In this document: piece by piece, positions 36,840 through 46,886 of the stretch | How the letters are laid out: the number at the start of each line of letters is the position of its first letter | Numbering within the stretch: the stretch's first letter is position 1 | From: Novosphingobium sp. | GTDB taxonomy: Bacteria > Pseudomonadota > Alphaproteobacteria > Sphingomonadales > Sphingomonadaceae | Direction: 5' to 3' | Assembly: GCF_027489515.1 (NCBI RefSeq) | Contig: NZ_JAIXZS010000083.1 | Span: forward strand, 123,686 to 187,685 | DNA: 64,000 nucleotides | The notes under the pieces: generated by a model | The model's input: only the letters and a program-made list of their open reading frames with translations | Database searches by the model: none | What the model was told of the DNA's origin: nothing | Made by a program: the position numbers and the translations under genes

Positions 36840-39290
36840 ATGAACATGAGCGACATGATCACCATCCGCCGCGCGATGCTGGCGGGCACGGCGCTTGCGG
36901 GTGCAACGCTGGGGGTGCTGGCAACACCGGCCATCGCGCAGGACGCGCAGGCCACAGAAACCGCCGCAGCGCCCGAGACTGCCGAGATCGTCGTCACCGC
37001 ACAGCGCCGCGAGCAGAAGGCCAACGATGTCGGCATCGCGGTGAGCGTGATCGGGGCCAAGGACATCAAGGCCCTGAACATCGTCAATGCGACAGACGTC
37101 GTGCGTGCGATCCCGAACCTCAAGTTCAACGCCTATGGATCGAGCCAGGTCGTCTACAATATCCGCGGTGTCTCGCAGAACGACTATGGCGACCAGCAGG
37201 AGCCGCCGGTCGCGGTCTATCAGGATGACAGCTATACCTCGTCAATCACCGCGGCGAGCTTCCCGGTGTTCGACCTTGCGCGCGTGGAAGCGCTGCGGGG
37301 CCCGCAGGGCACGCTGTTTGGCCGCAACGCCACGGGCGGCGCGGTGCAGTTCATCTCTGCGCAGCCGACCGACAAGCTCGACGGCTATCTTTCGGCGACG
37401 TATGGCCGCTTCAATCAGGTGGTGCTGGAAGGCGCGCTTTCGGGCCCGCTGTCTGACACGCTGACCGCGCGCATCTCGGGCCAGTACACGCGCGATGACG
37501 GCTACATCAAGAACATCACCCCCGGCCAGCCGGACCGCGGCGCGGACAACCATTGGGCGCTGCGCGGCATCGTGAAGTGGGAGCCGAGCAGCGACTTCAA
37601 GGCCAAGCTGACGGTGCGCTACGCCAAGGCCGACCGTGAGCGGCAGGCAGGCATCTACTCGCTCGAGCCGACGTGCCCCAACGCGCAGTTCCAGGGCGAA
37701 TTCCTCGGGCCGAAGGAATTCTGTTCGTACTGGGGCGTGACGGGCACGACCGGTAACGGTTATGCCAACCCGGCGATCACGCCTTCGCAGGGCGGCAATC
37801 CGTGGCGCACGGCGGGCACCAATGATGCTTATGTCGATCGCGACGTGTTCGGCGCCACGCTGCGGCTCGATGCCAAGCTGGGCGCGTTCGACGTGACTTC
37901 GATCACCGACTATCAGCACCTCAAGAAGTTCTACATCGAGCAGGGCGACAGCGTGCCCGAGTTCCCCTACGTGCCGCAGGGCATTCCGCGCTCGCCCGGC
38001 CCGTGCCCCGCGCCCGCGCAGAGCGTGACCTGCTATGAGAGCGGTACGGTGTTCTTCCAGCGCGCGCGCACCAATCAGGTCAGCCAGGAAATCCGCGCTG
38101 CAGCCACGTTCGGTCAGAACTACCTGACCATCGGCGGCTTTGGCATGATCATCGATGGCAAGTTTGCCGCCAAGTATGCGGTGCCGTTCATCCAGTACGA
38201 TCCGGACGTGAACTTCACCCAGCGCACCGAGAGCTTTGCGTTTTTCGCGCAGGACGAATTCAAGATCAGCGACCAGTGGAAGCTGATCGGCGGCATCCGC
38301 TACTGGCAGGACAAGAAGCGCGGCGTCTACAATGCGGTCGCGCCGACCGGGCCTTATGCGCTTTCGCTCTACTTCGGGCCGGACGATATCCGTTATAACG
38401 ATACGACCGGCACGGTGACGCCGGGCTCGTGGACCTATAGCAGCGGTGCGCCCTCGGGCGTTACGACCACGCCGGATGCAGCAAACCCGACCTTCCGCGG
38501 CGTCACGGCGCGGGCGGAAATCGACTACAAGCCGACGCCCGACACGCTGATCTATGCGAGCTATAACCGCGGTTCGAAATCGGGCGGGTTCACCTTCTCG
38601 ACCGGTACGCCGTTCCCGACGCAGCTGGTCGATGTGCTGAACAACATTCCCTATCGGCCCGAGACGCTCAATGCCTACGAAGTGGGCGTGAAAGCCAAGC
38701 TGCCGGGGAACACGCAGTTCAACCTTTCGGCGTTCTACTACGATTACAAGAACTACCAGGCCTTCGTACAGGTCTTCGCGGCGCAGGTGGTTCGCAACCT
38801 GCCGGCGAAGATCAAGGGTATCGAGGCGGACATCACCAGCCGTCCGATCCCGGGTCTGACGCTGCAGCTTTCGGGCGCGGTGCAGGACAGCGAAGTCAAG
38901 AACGTGCTGCTGCCGGACGGCGTGACGGTGAAAACCAGCGACCTGCCGCAGGCGCCCGGCTTTGCCGGCAATGCGCTGGTGCGGTATGAGTTCGACACCG
39001 GGATCGGCCGTGCCTCGCTGCAGGCGGACGCGCTCTACACGGGCAAGTTCTGCTTTACGGTGATGTGCGCACCGGTGGAGCGCGAGCGGGCTTATGCTGT
39101 GGCGAACGTGCGTGTGGGCTTCACGCCCAAGGACAGCAACCTCGATCTGGCGTTCTTCGTGAACAACCTGTTCGAGCGCAAGTACCGCGTCTATGCCTTC
39201 GACGCCTCGACCTATTGGGGCTACACCACGGGCGTCTATGCCAAGCCGCGCACGTGGGGCGTGAATGCGGTGTGGCACTTCGGGAAGTAA
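36840..39290 (+). CDS. TonB-dependent receptor heading the choline/betaine catabolic cluster
   Basis: Signal peptide, EIVVTAQRRE, EALRGPQGTLFGRNATGGAV, beta-barrel C-terminus. Start at 36840 or 36846. Confidence 0.94.
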   Translation: MNMSDMITIRRAMLAGTALAGATLGVLATPAIAQDAQATETAAAPETAEIVVTAQRREQKANDVGIAVSVIGAKDIKALNIVNATDVVRAIPNLKFNAYGSSQVVYNIRGVSQNDYGDQQEPPVAVYQDDSYTSSITAASFPVFDLARVEALRGPQGTLFGRNATGGAVQFISAQPTDKLDGYLSATYGRFNQVVLEGALSGPLSDTLTARISGQYTRDDGYIKNITPGQPDRGADNHWALRGIVKWEPSSDFKAKLTVRYAKADRERQAGIYSLEPTCPNAQFQGEFLGPKEFCSYWGVTGTTGNGYANPAITPSQGGNPWRTAGTNDAYVDRDVFGATLRLDAKLGAFDVTSITDYQHLKKFYIEQGDSVPEFPYVPQGIPRSPGPCPAPAQSVTCYESGTVFFQRARTNQVSQEIRAAATFGQNYLTIGGFGMIIDGKFAAKYAVPFIQYDPDVNFTQRTESFAFFAQDEFKISDQWKLIGGIRYWQDKKRGVYNAVAPTGPYALSLYFGPDDIRYNDTTGTVTPGSWTYSSGAPSGVTTTPDAANPTFRGVTARAEIDYKPTPDTLIYASYNRGSKSGGFTFSTGTPFPTQLVDVLNNIPYRPETLNAYEVGVKAKLPGNTQFNLSAFYYDYKNYQAFVQVFAAQVVRNLPAKIKGIEADITSRPIPGLTLQLSGAVQDSEVKNVLLPDGVTVKTSDLPQAPGFAGNALVRYEFDTGIGRASLQADALYTGKFCFTVMCAPVERERAYAVANVRVGFTPKDSNLDLAFFVNNLFERKYRVYAFDASTYWGYTTGVYAKPRTWGVNAVWHFGK

Positions 39291-39323
39291 TCGGTAGCCG
39301 GCCTTTGCGGGCTGGCGCCGAAC

Positions 39324-39362
39324 TCCCCTCTCCCAACCCTCTCCCCTCAAGGGGAGAGGGCT
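39324..39362. repeat. Half-copy of a related palindromic intergenic repeat
   Basis: CCCTCTCCCAACCCTCTCCCCTCAAGGGGAGAGGG. The hairpin CCCTCTCCCC-tcaa-GGGGAGAGGG resembles the right arm of the 2176 and 44130 elements. Confidence 0.6.
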
Positions 39363-39383
39363 TCTCCTTGAGATTGCAGGGTC

Positions 39384-40790
39384 ATGGCTACTTTCGAGAC
39401 AATCAATCCCGCGACCGGTGAAGTGCTGGCGACGCTGCCCATCGCCGGTGAGGCCGAAGTCAACGCGGCGGTAGCCAAGGCGGCGGCTGCGCAGAAGGAA
39501 TGGGCCAAGCGCACCGGGACCGAGCGTGGGCGCATCCTGCGCCGCGCGGCGGATATCCTGCGCGAGCGGAACGATGAACTGGCCGCAATCGAGACGCGCG
39601 ATACCGGCAAGCCGATCCAGGAAACGCTGGTTGTCGATGTCGTCTCGGGCATTGATTGCCTCGAGTTCTTTGCCGGTGTCGCCCCGACTATTGCGGGCGA
39701 GCATATCGATCTCGGGCCGTCGGCGTTCGGCTATACCCGGCGCGAGCCGCTCGGGGTTTGTGCAGGGATCGGCGCGTGGAACTATCCGATCCAGATCGCC
39801 TGCTGGAAATCGGCGCCGGCGCTCGCCTGCGGGAATGCGGTTATCTTCAAGCCATCGGAATTGACCCCGCTCACCGCGATAGAAGTGGAGAAGATCTACC
39901 TCGAGGCCGGGTTGCCCGAGGGACTCTTCCAGGTGCTTCACGGCTTTGGTGCAACGGGAGCGATGCTGACCGAACATCCTGGCATTGCGAAGATCTCGCT
40001 CACCGGCAGTGTGCCGACCGGCAAGAAGATCATGGCAGGCGCAGCTTCCACGCTCAAGAACGTGACGCTGGAATTGGGCGGCAAATCACCGCTGATCATT
40101 TTTGCCGATGCCGATATCGAGAACGCGGTTTCGGGCGCGCATCTCGCCAATTTCTATTCGGCGGGTGAAGTCTGCTCGAACGGGACGCGCGTATTCGTCG
40201 AGCGCAGCGTGCTGCCGCAGTTCCTCGAAAGCCTGAAGGCGCGCACCGAGCGGATCAAGCTGGGCGATCCGATGGACCCCGCAACCCAGATGGGCTCGCT
40301 GATTTCGGAAGCGCACCTGAACAAGGTCATGGGCTATATCGAGAAGGGCAAGGCGGAAGGCGCCGAAGTCCTGACCGGCGGACACCGCGTGACCGAGGGC
40401 GTGCCGGCGGCGGGCTTTTTCGTGGCGCCGACGGTGTTTACCGCATGCACCGACGACATGACCGTGGTGCGCGAAGAGATCTTCGGCCCCGTCATGACGG
40501 TGCTGCCTTTCGATAGCGAAGAGGAAGTAATCGCGCGGGCGAACGATACCGAGTTCGGGCTGGCGGCCGGTGTGTTCACCAATGACCTGACGCGCGCGCA
40601 CCGCGTGATCGCGGCGCTCGATGCGGGTTCCTGCTGGATCAACACCTTCAACATCTGCCCGGTCGAAATGCCGTTTGGCGGGTTCAAGCAGTCCGGGATC
40701 GGCTTTGAGAACAGCCGCGAAGCGATCCAGCACTTCACGCGCCTCAAGGGCGTCTATGTCGCGATGGAGCCAATCGATGCCCCTTACTGA
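39384..40790 (+). CDS. betB: Betaine aldehyde dehydrogenase
   Basis: [32 protein letters not shown], catalytic [17 protein letters not shown]. Immediately upstream of betA. Confidence 0.88.
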   Translation: MATFETINPATGEVLATLPIAGEAEVNAAVAKAAAAQKEWAKRTGTERGRILRRAADILRERNDELAAIETRDTGKPIQETLVVDVVSGIDCLEFFAGVAPTIAGEHIDLGPSAFGYTRREPLGVCAGIGAWNYPIQIACWKSAPALACGNAVIFKPSELTPLTAIEVEKIYLEAGLPEGLFQVLHGFGATGAMLTEHPGIAKISLTGSVPTGKKIMAGAASTLKNVTLELGGKSPLIIFADADIENAVSGAHLANFYSAGEVCSNGTRVFVERSVLPQFLESLKARTERIKLGDPMDPATQMGSLISEAHLNKVMGYIEKGKAEGAEVLTGGHRVTEGVPAAGFFVAPTVFTACTDDMTVVREEIFGPVMTVLPFDSEEEVIARANDTEFGLAAGVFTNDLTRAHRVIAALDAGSCWINTFNICPVEMPFGGFKQSGIGFENSREAIQHFTRLKGVYVAMEPIDAPY

Positions 40791-42444
40791 GGGTGAGTTC
40801 GATTACATCATCGTAGGAGCCGGCTCGGCCGGCTGCGTGCTGGCGGACCGGCTTTCTGCCGATGGCAAGCACAAGGTGCTGGTGCTGGAATTCGGCGGAT
40901 CGGACCAGTCGATCTACATCCAGATGCCAAGCGCGCTGGCCATCCCTATGAACACCACGCGGTGGAACTGGCACTATGAAAGCGAGCCTGAGCCGGGGCT
41001 TGACGGGCGCGTGCTGCACACCCCGCGCGGCAAGGGGCTGGGCGGTTCGTCGTCGATCAATGGCCTTGTCTACATTCGCGGCAATCCGCTCGATTTCGAG
41101 CGCTGGGAAGAGGAAGGCGCGCGGGGCTGGAACTATGCCTCGGTGCTCCCCTACTTCAAGCGCGCTGAGCGCCGCGACGAGGGCGGCAACGAATATCGCG
41201 GCGGCGAGGGGCCGCTAGATACGCGCTACGGCACGCTCGAAAACCCGCTCAACCAGGCCTGGCTCGATGCAGCGCAGCAGGCGGGGTACAGCCTGACCGA
41301 CGACGTCAACGGCTACCGGCAGGAAGGCTTCGGCCGGATGGACATGACCGTCCGCGATGGCGAGCGCTGCAGTGCGGCCAAAGCCTATCTGCGTCCGGCG
41401 ATGCGGCGCCCGAACCTGACGGTGTTGCAGCATACGCTGGCGACGCGGGTGGTTCTGGAAGGCAAGCGCGCGGTCGGCGTGGAGATCGAGCGCTATGGAG
41501 GGCGGTCCATCGTGCGGGCCGGGCGCGAAGTGATCCTTGCCGGCGGGCCGATCAATTCGCCGCAATTGTTGAAGCTTTCCGGCATCGGTCCGGCGGCGGA
41601 ACTGGCGCAGCATGGGATTGCGGTGGTGGCAGACCGCCCGGGCGTCGGCGCGAACCTGCAGGATCACCTGGAGTTCTATTTCCAGATGGCCTGCACCCAG
41701 CCGGTCACGCTCTACAAGTACGCCAATCTTTTCGGCAAAGGCTATGTCGGTGCGCGCTGGCTGTTCCTGAAATCGGGCCTTGGTGCGACCAATCATTTCG
41801 AGACCTGCGGCTTCATCCGCAGCAAGGCGGGCATCCGCTATCCCGACATCCAGTATCACTTCTTCCCGATGGCGGTGAGCTACGACGGCAATTCGCTGGC
41901 AAGCGAGCACGGGTTTCAGGCCCACGTCGGCCCGATGCGCTCGAAGAGCCGGGGGACGGTGACGCTGCGCAGCGCCGACCCGGCGGACAAGCCGGTGATC
42001 CGCTTCAACTACATGACGCACCCCGATGATATCGAGGAAATGCGCGCCTGCGTGCGGCTGACGCGGGAAATATTCCAGCAGCCGGCCTTCGCGCCGTGGC
42101 GCGGGCGGGAGATCCAGCCGGGTGCGGATGTGACGAGCGACGAGGCGATCGATGCGTTCATTCGCCAGAAGGTTGAAAGCGCCTATCACCCCTCGTGCAC
42201 TTGCAAGATGGGCGCAGTGGATGATCCGATGGCGGTGGTCGATCCCGAGCTCAGGGTGATCGGTATCGAGGGGCTGCGGGTGGTCGACAGCTCGGTCATG
42301 CCCTCGGTGACGACAGGTAACCTCAACGCGCCAACGATCATGATCGGCGAAAAGGGCGCGGACCACATTCTCGGCAAAGAGCTGCTCGCGCCGTCGAACG
42401 CGCCCTACTACGTTGCGCCGGATTGGGAGACAGCTCAACGATGA
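40777..42444 (+). CDS. betA: Choline dehydrogenase (GMC oxidoreductase)
   Basis: ATG 40777. [62 protein letters not shown]. Confidence 0.9.
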   Translation: MPLTEGEFDYIIVGAGSAGCVLADRLSADGKHKVLVLEFGGSDQSIYIQMPSALAIPMNTTRWNWHYESEPEPGLDGRVLHTPRGKGLGGSSSINGLVYIRGNPLDFERWEEEGARGWNYASVLPYFKRAERRDEGGNEYRGGEGPLDTRYGTLENPLNQAWLDAAQQAGYSLTDDVNGYRQEGFGRMDMTVRDGERCSAAKAYLRPAMRRPNLTVLQHTLATRVVLEGKRAVGVEIERYGGRSIVRAGREVILAGGPINSPQLLKLSGIGPAAELAQHGIAVVADRPGVGANLQDHLEFYFQMACTQPVTLYKYANLFGKGYVGARWLFLKSGLGATNHFETCGFIRSKAGIRYPDIQYHFFPMAVSYDGNSLASEHGFQAHVGPMRSKSRGTVTLRSADPADKPVIRFNYMTHPDDIEEMRACVRLTREIFQQPAFAPWRGREIQPGADVTSDEAIDAFIRQKVESAYHPSCTCKMGAVDDPMAVVDPELRVIGIEGLRVVDSSVMPSVTTGNLNAPTIMIGEKGADHILGKELLAPSNAPYYVAPDWETAQR

Positions 42445-42454
42445 TGGGGCAACG

Positions 42455-44104
42455 ATGAGCGGAGCCGCGGTCGCCGACGTCGCTGGGATCGAGGAGAACG
42501 GCGAACTGCTCCGCTCGCTCGACTGGAAGGGCGCATTCTGGGCCTCGAGCGGCGTTCCAGCGGGCGTGCTCCTGACCATCGGCGGGATCGCGACGATGAT
42601 TGGCCAGCCAAGCTGGGTGATCTTCATTGCCTCGATCATGATGGGTTTCCTGCAGAGCTTCGTCTACGCCGAGATCGCCGGGCTCTATCCGCACAAGTCT
42701 GGCGGGGCCTCGGTCTATGGGGCGGCGGCATGGCTGCCCTATTCCAAGTTTGTCGCGCCGATTTCGGTGTGGTGCAACTGGCTGGCCTGGTCGCCGGTGC
42801 TGACGCTCGGCACCAGTCTGGCGGCGGGCTACATCATGGCGAGCCTGTTTGCGCCCGACAGCGCGATCAACACCTGGCACATCACGCTGCTCGATCTGGG
42901 CTTTATCCGGGAGAAGCTGACGCTGCGCATCAACGCCGTCTCGATCATCGGGACCGCGTTTCTGCTGCTGACCTTTGCGTTGCAGCATGGCGGTGCGGCC
43001 AAGGCTGCGAATGCGCAGAAGATCCTCGGCATTGCCTGCCTTGCCCCGCTCATCCTCGTAGGCTTCGTGCCGCTGATCACCGGTGATCTGCCGACGCAGA
43101 ACCTGTTTCCGATCCTGCCCCTGGTGCGCGATGCGGCGGGCCATGCGCATTTCGGCACATGGGACGGCTATGGCCTGACACTAATGGCTGCCGCGATGTT
43201 CGGTGCTGGCTGGTCGACTTACGGATTCGAGACAGCGGTCTGCTATACCCGCGAGTTCAAGAACCCGGCGAAGGATACGCCGCGCGCGCTGATTGCCTCG
43301 GGCATTCTGTGCATCGTGATCTTCGCGCTGGTGCCGCTGGCGTTCCAGGCCTCGCTGGGGCTGGAAGCGATGATGGACCCGCGCATCGGGGATGGGTCCG
43401 GCGTGGCGCTGGCGCTCGCCACCATCGTGACCAAGGGGCTGGGCGTTACGGCCGGCGGCGCGGTGGTCGTCGCCAACCTGTTCATCGCGATGCTGATCCT
43501 CTCGCTGCTGCTGATCGTGATGACCTCGATGATGGGCTCCTCGCGCACGCTCTATCAGGCGGCGGTCGATGGCTGGCTGCCGAAGTATCTGGGCCGGGTG
43601 AACAGCCACGGCGCGCCGACGGCGGCGATGTGGACCGATCTCGCGTTCAACCTCGTGCTGCTGCTCGCCTCGGACTACTTCGCGGTGCTGATGATCAGCA
43701 ACGTCTGCTACATGGCCTTCAACTTCCTCAACCTGCAATCGGGCTGGATCCACCGCATGGACCGGGCCAATTGGGAGCGCCCGTTTCGCTGCCCGACCTG
43801 GCTGCTGGGGCTTGGCGCCGTGTTGGGTTTCGTGAACATGGCTTTCATGGGCGCAGGCGCGGACGTCTATGGGGCTGGCACGTTGCGCAACGGCCTCATC
43901 GGCGTGCTGCTGATCCTGCCGGTCTTTGCCTTTCGCCATTACGTGCAGGATAAGGGTGTGTTCCCGGCCGCGCTGTCGGAAGATTTTGCCGAAAGCCCGG
44001 CGATGAAGCGCGCGGGGCTGCTGCCGTGGGTTGCGCTGGCGGGCGCTGCGGTGGTGGTGTTTGCGGCGCATTCACTGGCCATGCTGCCGGTGCCGGTGGG
44101 GTAG
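42455..44104 (+). CDS. APC-superfamily amino acid/amine permease
   Basis: About 12-13 transmembrane helices, with YAEIAGLYPHKSGG and WSTYGFET APC motifs. ATG 42455. Confidence 0.85.
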   Translation: MSGAAVADVAGIEENGELLRSLDWKGAFWASSGVPAGVLLTIGGIATMIGQPSWVIFIASIMMGFLQSFVYAEIAGLYPHKSGGASVYGAAAWLPYSKFVAPISVWCNWLAWSPVLTLGTSLAAGYIMASLFAPDSAINTWHITLLDLGFIREKLTLRINAVSIIGTAFLLLTFALQHGGAAKAANAQKILGIACLAPLILVGFVPLITGDLPTQNLFPILPLVRDAAGHAHFGTWDGYGLTLMAAAMFGAGWSTYGFETAVCYTREFKNPAKDTPRALIASGILCIVIFALVPLAFQASLGLEAMMDPRIGDGSGVALALATIVTKGLGVTAGGAVVVANLFIAMLILSLLLIVMTSMMGSSRTLYQAAVDGWLPKYLGRVNSHGAPTAAMWTDLAFNLVLLLASDYFAVLMISNVCYMAFNFLNLQSGWIHRMDRANWERPFRCPTWLLGLGAVLGFVNMAFMGAGADVYGAGTLRNGLIGVLLILPVFAFRHYVQDKGVFPAALSEDFAESPAMKRAGLLPWVALAGAAVVVFAAHSLAMLPVPVG

Positions 44105-44129
44105 CTCACCGCCCCGAGGGCAACCTTGG

Positions 44130-44226
44130 CTCTCCTCGCCGGTGGGGAGGGGTTGGGGGTGGGGGTTCGGCCTTTCCGTCAAGCTCAGCGCACCCCCACC
44201 CGGCCTCCCCCGAACCGGGGGAGGGG
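44130..44226. repeat. About 100-bp palindromic intergenic repeat, copy 2
   Basis: Arms match those of 2176-2273 (see there), with a different core. Confidence 0.85.
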
Positions 44227-44323
44227 CGGTAAGTGGCGGACTTCGGATTGTTTGGCCTCTAACGACCTAATACTCTGCATAAGTCTTTGCGATAGCCGCA
44301 ATGAGCGGTTCAGCCGCGCGCGC

Positions 44324-44353
44324 TTGGCTGGCATATCGGATCCCTGATATAAG
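44324..44353 (+). promoter_or_regulatory. Possible sigma70 promoter TTGGCT-N18-TATAAG for the dimethylglycine dehydrogenase operon
   Basis: Hexamers seen 21 bp upstream of ATG 44375. Weak match only. Confidence 0.3.
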
Positions 44354-44374
44354 AGATCGAAAGCCGAGGGCGAA

Positions 44375-46882
44375 ATGAAGACGACAGCGCGGGTAGTGGT
44401 GATCGGTGGCGGTGTGGTGGGCGTGAGCACGCTCTATCACCTCGCCAAGCTCGGCTGGAGCGATTGCGTTCTGATCGAGCGCAAGGAGTTGACTTCGGGT
44501 TCCACGTGGCACGCCGCGGGCCTGCTGCCGCTGTTCAACCTCTCGTACTCGGTCGGCAAGCTGCACCAGTACTCGGTCGATCTCTACCCCTCGCTGGAGG
44601 CCGAGACCGAGCTCAACGTCGGCTTCTCCAACGTTTCCAACATCCGCCTCGCCACCACGCGCGACCGCATGGACGAGTACAAGTACTACGCCGGGGTCGC
44701 GAGCACCATCGGGGTCGAGGTGAACTTCCTCAGCCCCGACGAGGTCAAGGCGATCTGGCCGCTGGCCGACATGACGAACGTGCTCGGCGCGATTCAGCAC
44801 CCGGCCGACGGCTATATCCAGCCCGCCGATCTCACGCAGGCGCTCGCCAAGGGCGCCCGTCAGCGTGGGGCGACGATCTACCGCAACACGACCGTCACCG
44901 GCATCACCCAGAAGGCCAATGGCGAATGGTTGGTGACGACCGACCAGGGCGAGATCACCTGCGAGCATGTCGTCTCCGCGACCGGCAGCTTCGCGCGCCA
45001 GACGGGCGAGATGATCGGCCTCGATATTCCGGTCGTGCCGGTCGAGCATCAGTATATCGTGACCGAGCAGCACCCCGAGATCATGGCGCGGCGCAAGGCG
45101 GGTCTGCCTGAAATGGGCGTGCTGCGCGAAAGCGACGCAAGCTGGTACATGCGTGAGGAAGCGGGCGGCCTCTTGCTCGGGCCTTATGAAGTCGGCGCGC
45201 CTGCGTGCTACGTGAAGGGACCGGCGGCCAACAGCGAGTACGAACTGTTCCCCGACGCGCTGGAGCGTCTCGAGCCCTATATCCTCTCGGCCATCGCGCG
45301 CGTGCCGGCGTTCGGCGAAGTGGGCGTCAAAAAGGTCTACAACGGCGCCATCGCCTACACCCCCGATGGTTCGCCCATCGTCGGCCCGGCGTGGGACAAG
45401 AAGAACTTTTGGCTCAACGAAGGCCACTCCTTCGGCATCACGGCTGCGGGCGGCGCAGGCTGGCAGCTGGCGCAGTGGATCGTCGAGGGTGAGCCGAGCA
45501 TCGACATGATGGGCGTCGATCCGCGCCGCTTCGGCGACTACGCGGGTGAGGGCTACCTCATCGAGAAGAATGAGGAAGCCTACGCCAAGGTCTTCACCGT
45601 GCACTACCCCGACGAGGAGCGCGAGGCCGCGCGTCCGCTGCGCCGCACGCCGTGCTACGACCGGATGAAGGCGCTGGGTGCTGTGTTCGGCAGCGTGTTT
45701 GGATGGGAGCGCCCCAACTGGTTCGCGCCCGAAGGCTATGAACTGAGCGAAGCCGATCTCGACAAGCCCGACGTGATCCTCAACCACAATCACCCCGATG
45801 TGCCGGGCGAGCCGATCCGCGAGAAGTGGTCGTTCCGCCGCTCGAACTACTTCGAGCATGTCGGCAACGAATGCCGCCATGTGACGCAGCATGTCGGAAT
45901 TCAGGACATGTCGGCGTTTGCGAAGTGCATGATTTCCGGCCCCGGCGCGGAAGACTGGCTGAATGGCCTGCTCTCCAACGTGGTCCCGAAGAAGACGGGC
46001 CGCGTCACGCTCTCGTACCTGCTGACGGATGCAGGCGGTGTGCGCGCGGAGTTCACTGTCTACAAGAAGGGTCCGCAGGCCTATTACCTCGTCTCGGCGG
46101 GCGCGCTGGAGCGGCATGACCAGGACTATCTGGTGAAGGCCTTGCCGACCGACGGTTCGGTGCGCTTCGAGCGGCTGACGACGGCGATGGGCGTGCTGGT
46201 CGTGGCGGGGCCGAAGTCGCGCGACGTGCTGCAGAAGCTGACCCACGCCGATCTTTCGAACGCGGCGTTCCCCTGGCTCACCGGCCAGTCGGTTTCGCTG
46301 GGCAGCGCCAAGGTCGATCTACTGCGCGTCAACTTTATCGGTGAGCTGGGCTTCGAAATCCATCACCCGATCGAGATGCAGAACTACATCTTCGACAAGA
46401 TCATGGCTGCGGGTGCGGAGTTCCAGATCAAGCCCTTCGGCATCCGTGCGATGACCGCGATGGCGATCGAGAAGAGCTACAAGCTGATCCCGCGCGAGCT
46501 TTCGATCGAATATGCGGCGCTCGAAAGCGGGCTCGACCGCTTCGTCAGCTTCAAGAAGCCGGCGTTCAAGGGCCGCGAGGGGCTGCTGGCGCGCAAGGAA
46601 GCGGGGCTAAAGTGGCAGTTCGTCACGCTGGAAGTCTTCGGCGTGACCGATGCCGACGCGCGCGGATCGGAAGCGATCCTCCGCGATGGCGCGCTGGTTG
46701 GCCGCGCGACCTCGGGCGGCTATGGCTGGCGAACGGCCAAGAGCCTGGCGCTCGCGATGGTCGCACCTGAACATGCCGCCATCGGCACGGAACTGGAAAT
46801 CGTGATCCTGGGTGAGCCGCGCCGCGCGGTGATCATCCCGGATTCGCCGTTCGACCCGGACAACAACGCATTGCGGAGCTGA
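44375..46882 (+). CDS. Dimethylglycine dehydrogenase-like FAD-dependent oxidoreductase with GcvT folate-binding domain
   Basis: IGGGVVG, LTSGSTWHAAG, YIQPADL, YTPDGSP, FGWERPNWF, DMSAFAK, VNFIGELGFEIH. Context between the bet and sox genes. Confidence 0.88.
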   Translation: MKTTARVVVIGGGVVGVSTLYHLAKLGWSDCVLIERKELTSGSTWHAAGLLPLFNLSYSVGKLHQYSVDLYPSLEAETELNVGFSNVSNIRLATTRDRMDEYKYYAGVASTIGVEVNFLSPDEVKAIWPLADMTNVLGAIQHPADGYIQPADLTQALAKGARQRGATIYRNTTVTGITQKANGEWLVTTDQGEITCEHVVSATGSFARQTGEMIGLDIPVVPVEHQYIVTEQHPEIMARRKAGLPEMGVLRESDASWYMREEAGGLLLGPYEVGAPACYVKGPAANSEYELFPDALERLEPYILSAIARVPAFGEVGVKKVYNGAIAYTPDGSPIVGPAWDKKNFWLNEGHSFGITAAGGAGWQLAQWIVEGEPSIDMMGVDPRRFGDYAGEGYLIEKNEEAYAKVFTVHYPDEEREAARPLRRTPCYDRMKALGAVFGSVFGWERPNWFAPEGYELSEADLDKPDVILNHNHPDVPGEPIREKWSFRRSNYFEHVGNECRHVTQHVGIQDMSAFAKCMISGPGAEDWLNGLLSNVVPKKTGRVTLSYLLTDAGGVRAEFTVYKKGPQAYYLVSAGALERHDQDYLVKALPTDGSVRFERLTTAMGVLVVAGPKSRDVLQKLTHADLSNAAFPWLTGQSVSLGSAKVDLLRVNFIGELGFEIHHPIEMQNYIFDKIMAAGAEFQIKPFGIRAMTAMAIEKSYKLIPRELSIEYAALESGLDRFVSFKKPAFKGREGLLARKEAGLKWQFVTLEVFGVTDADARGSEAILRDGALVGRATSGGYGWRTAKSLALAMVAPEHAAIGTELEIVILGEPRRAVIIPDSPFDPDNNALRS

Positions 46883-46886
46883 TCCC

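Noticed and set aside
37242-39977. 911-aa minus-strand ORF, and similar long antisense ORFs at 7509-9101, 10072-11871, 13069-14763 and 44267-46246
   Set aside because: Each lies opposite a well-supported gene and is Arg/Ala/His-rich with no family motifs. These are stop-poor reverse frames expected at this GC content.
2176-44226. Repeats considered as CRISPR or IS ends
   Set aside because: There is no regularly spaced repeat-spacer array, no cas gene and no transposase. The copies are dispersed palindromes.
44227-44374. Glycine or other riboswitch upstream of the dimethylglycine dehydrogenase
   Set aside because: No GGAGA...CCGAAG...CTCTCAGG-type signature seen by eye. An Infernal search would settle it.
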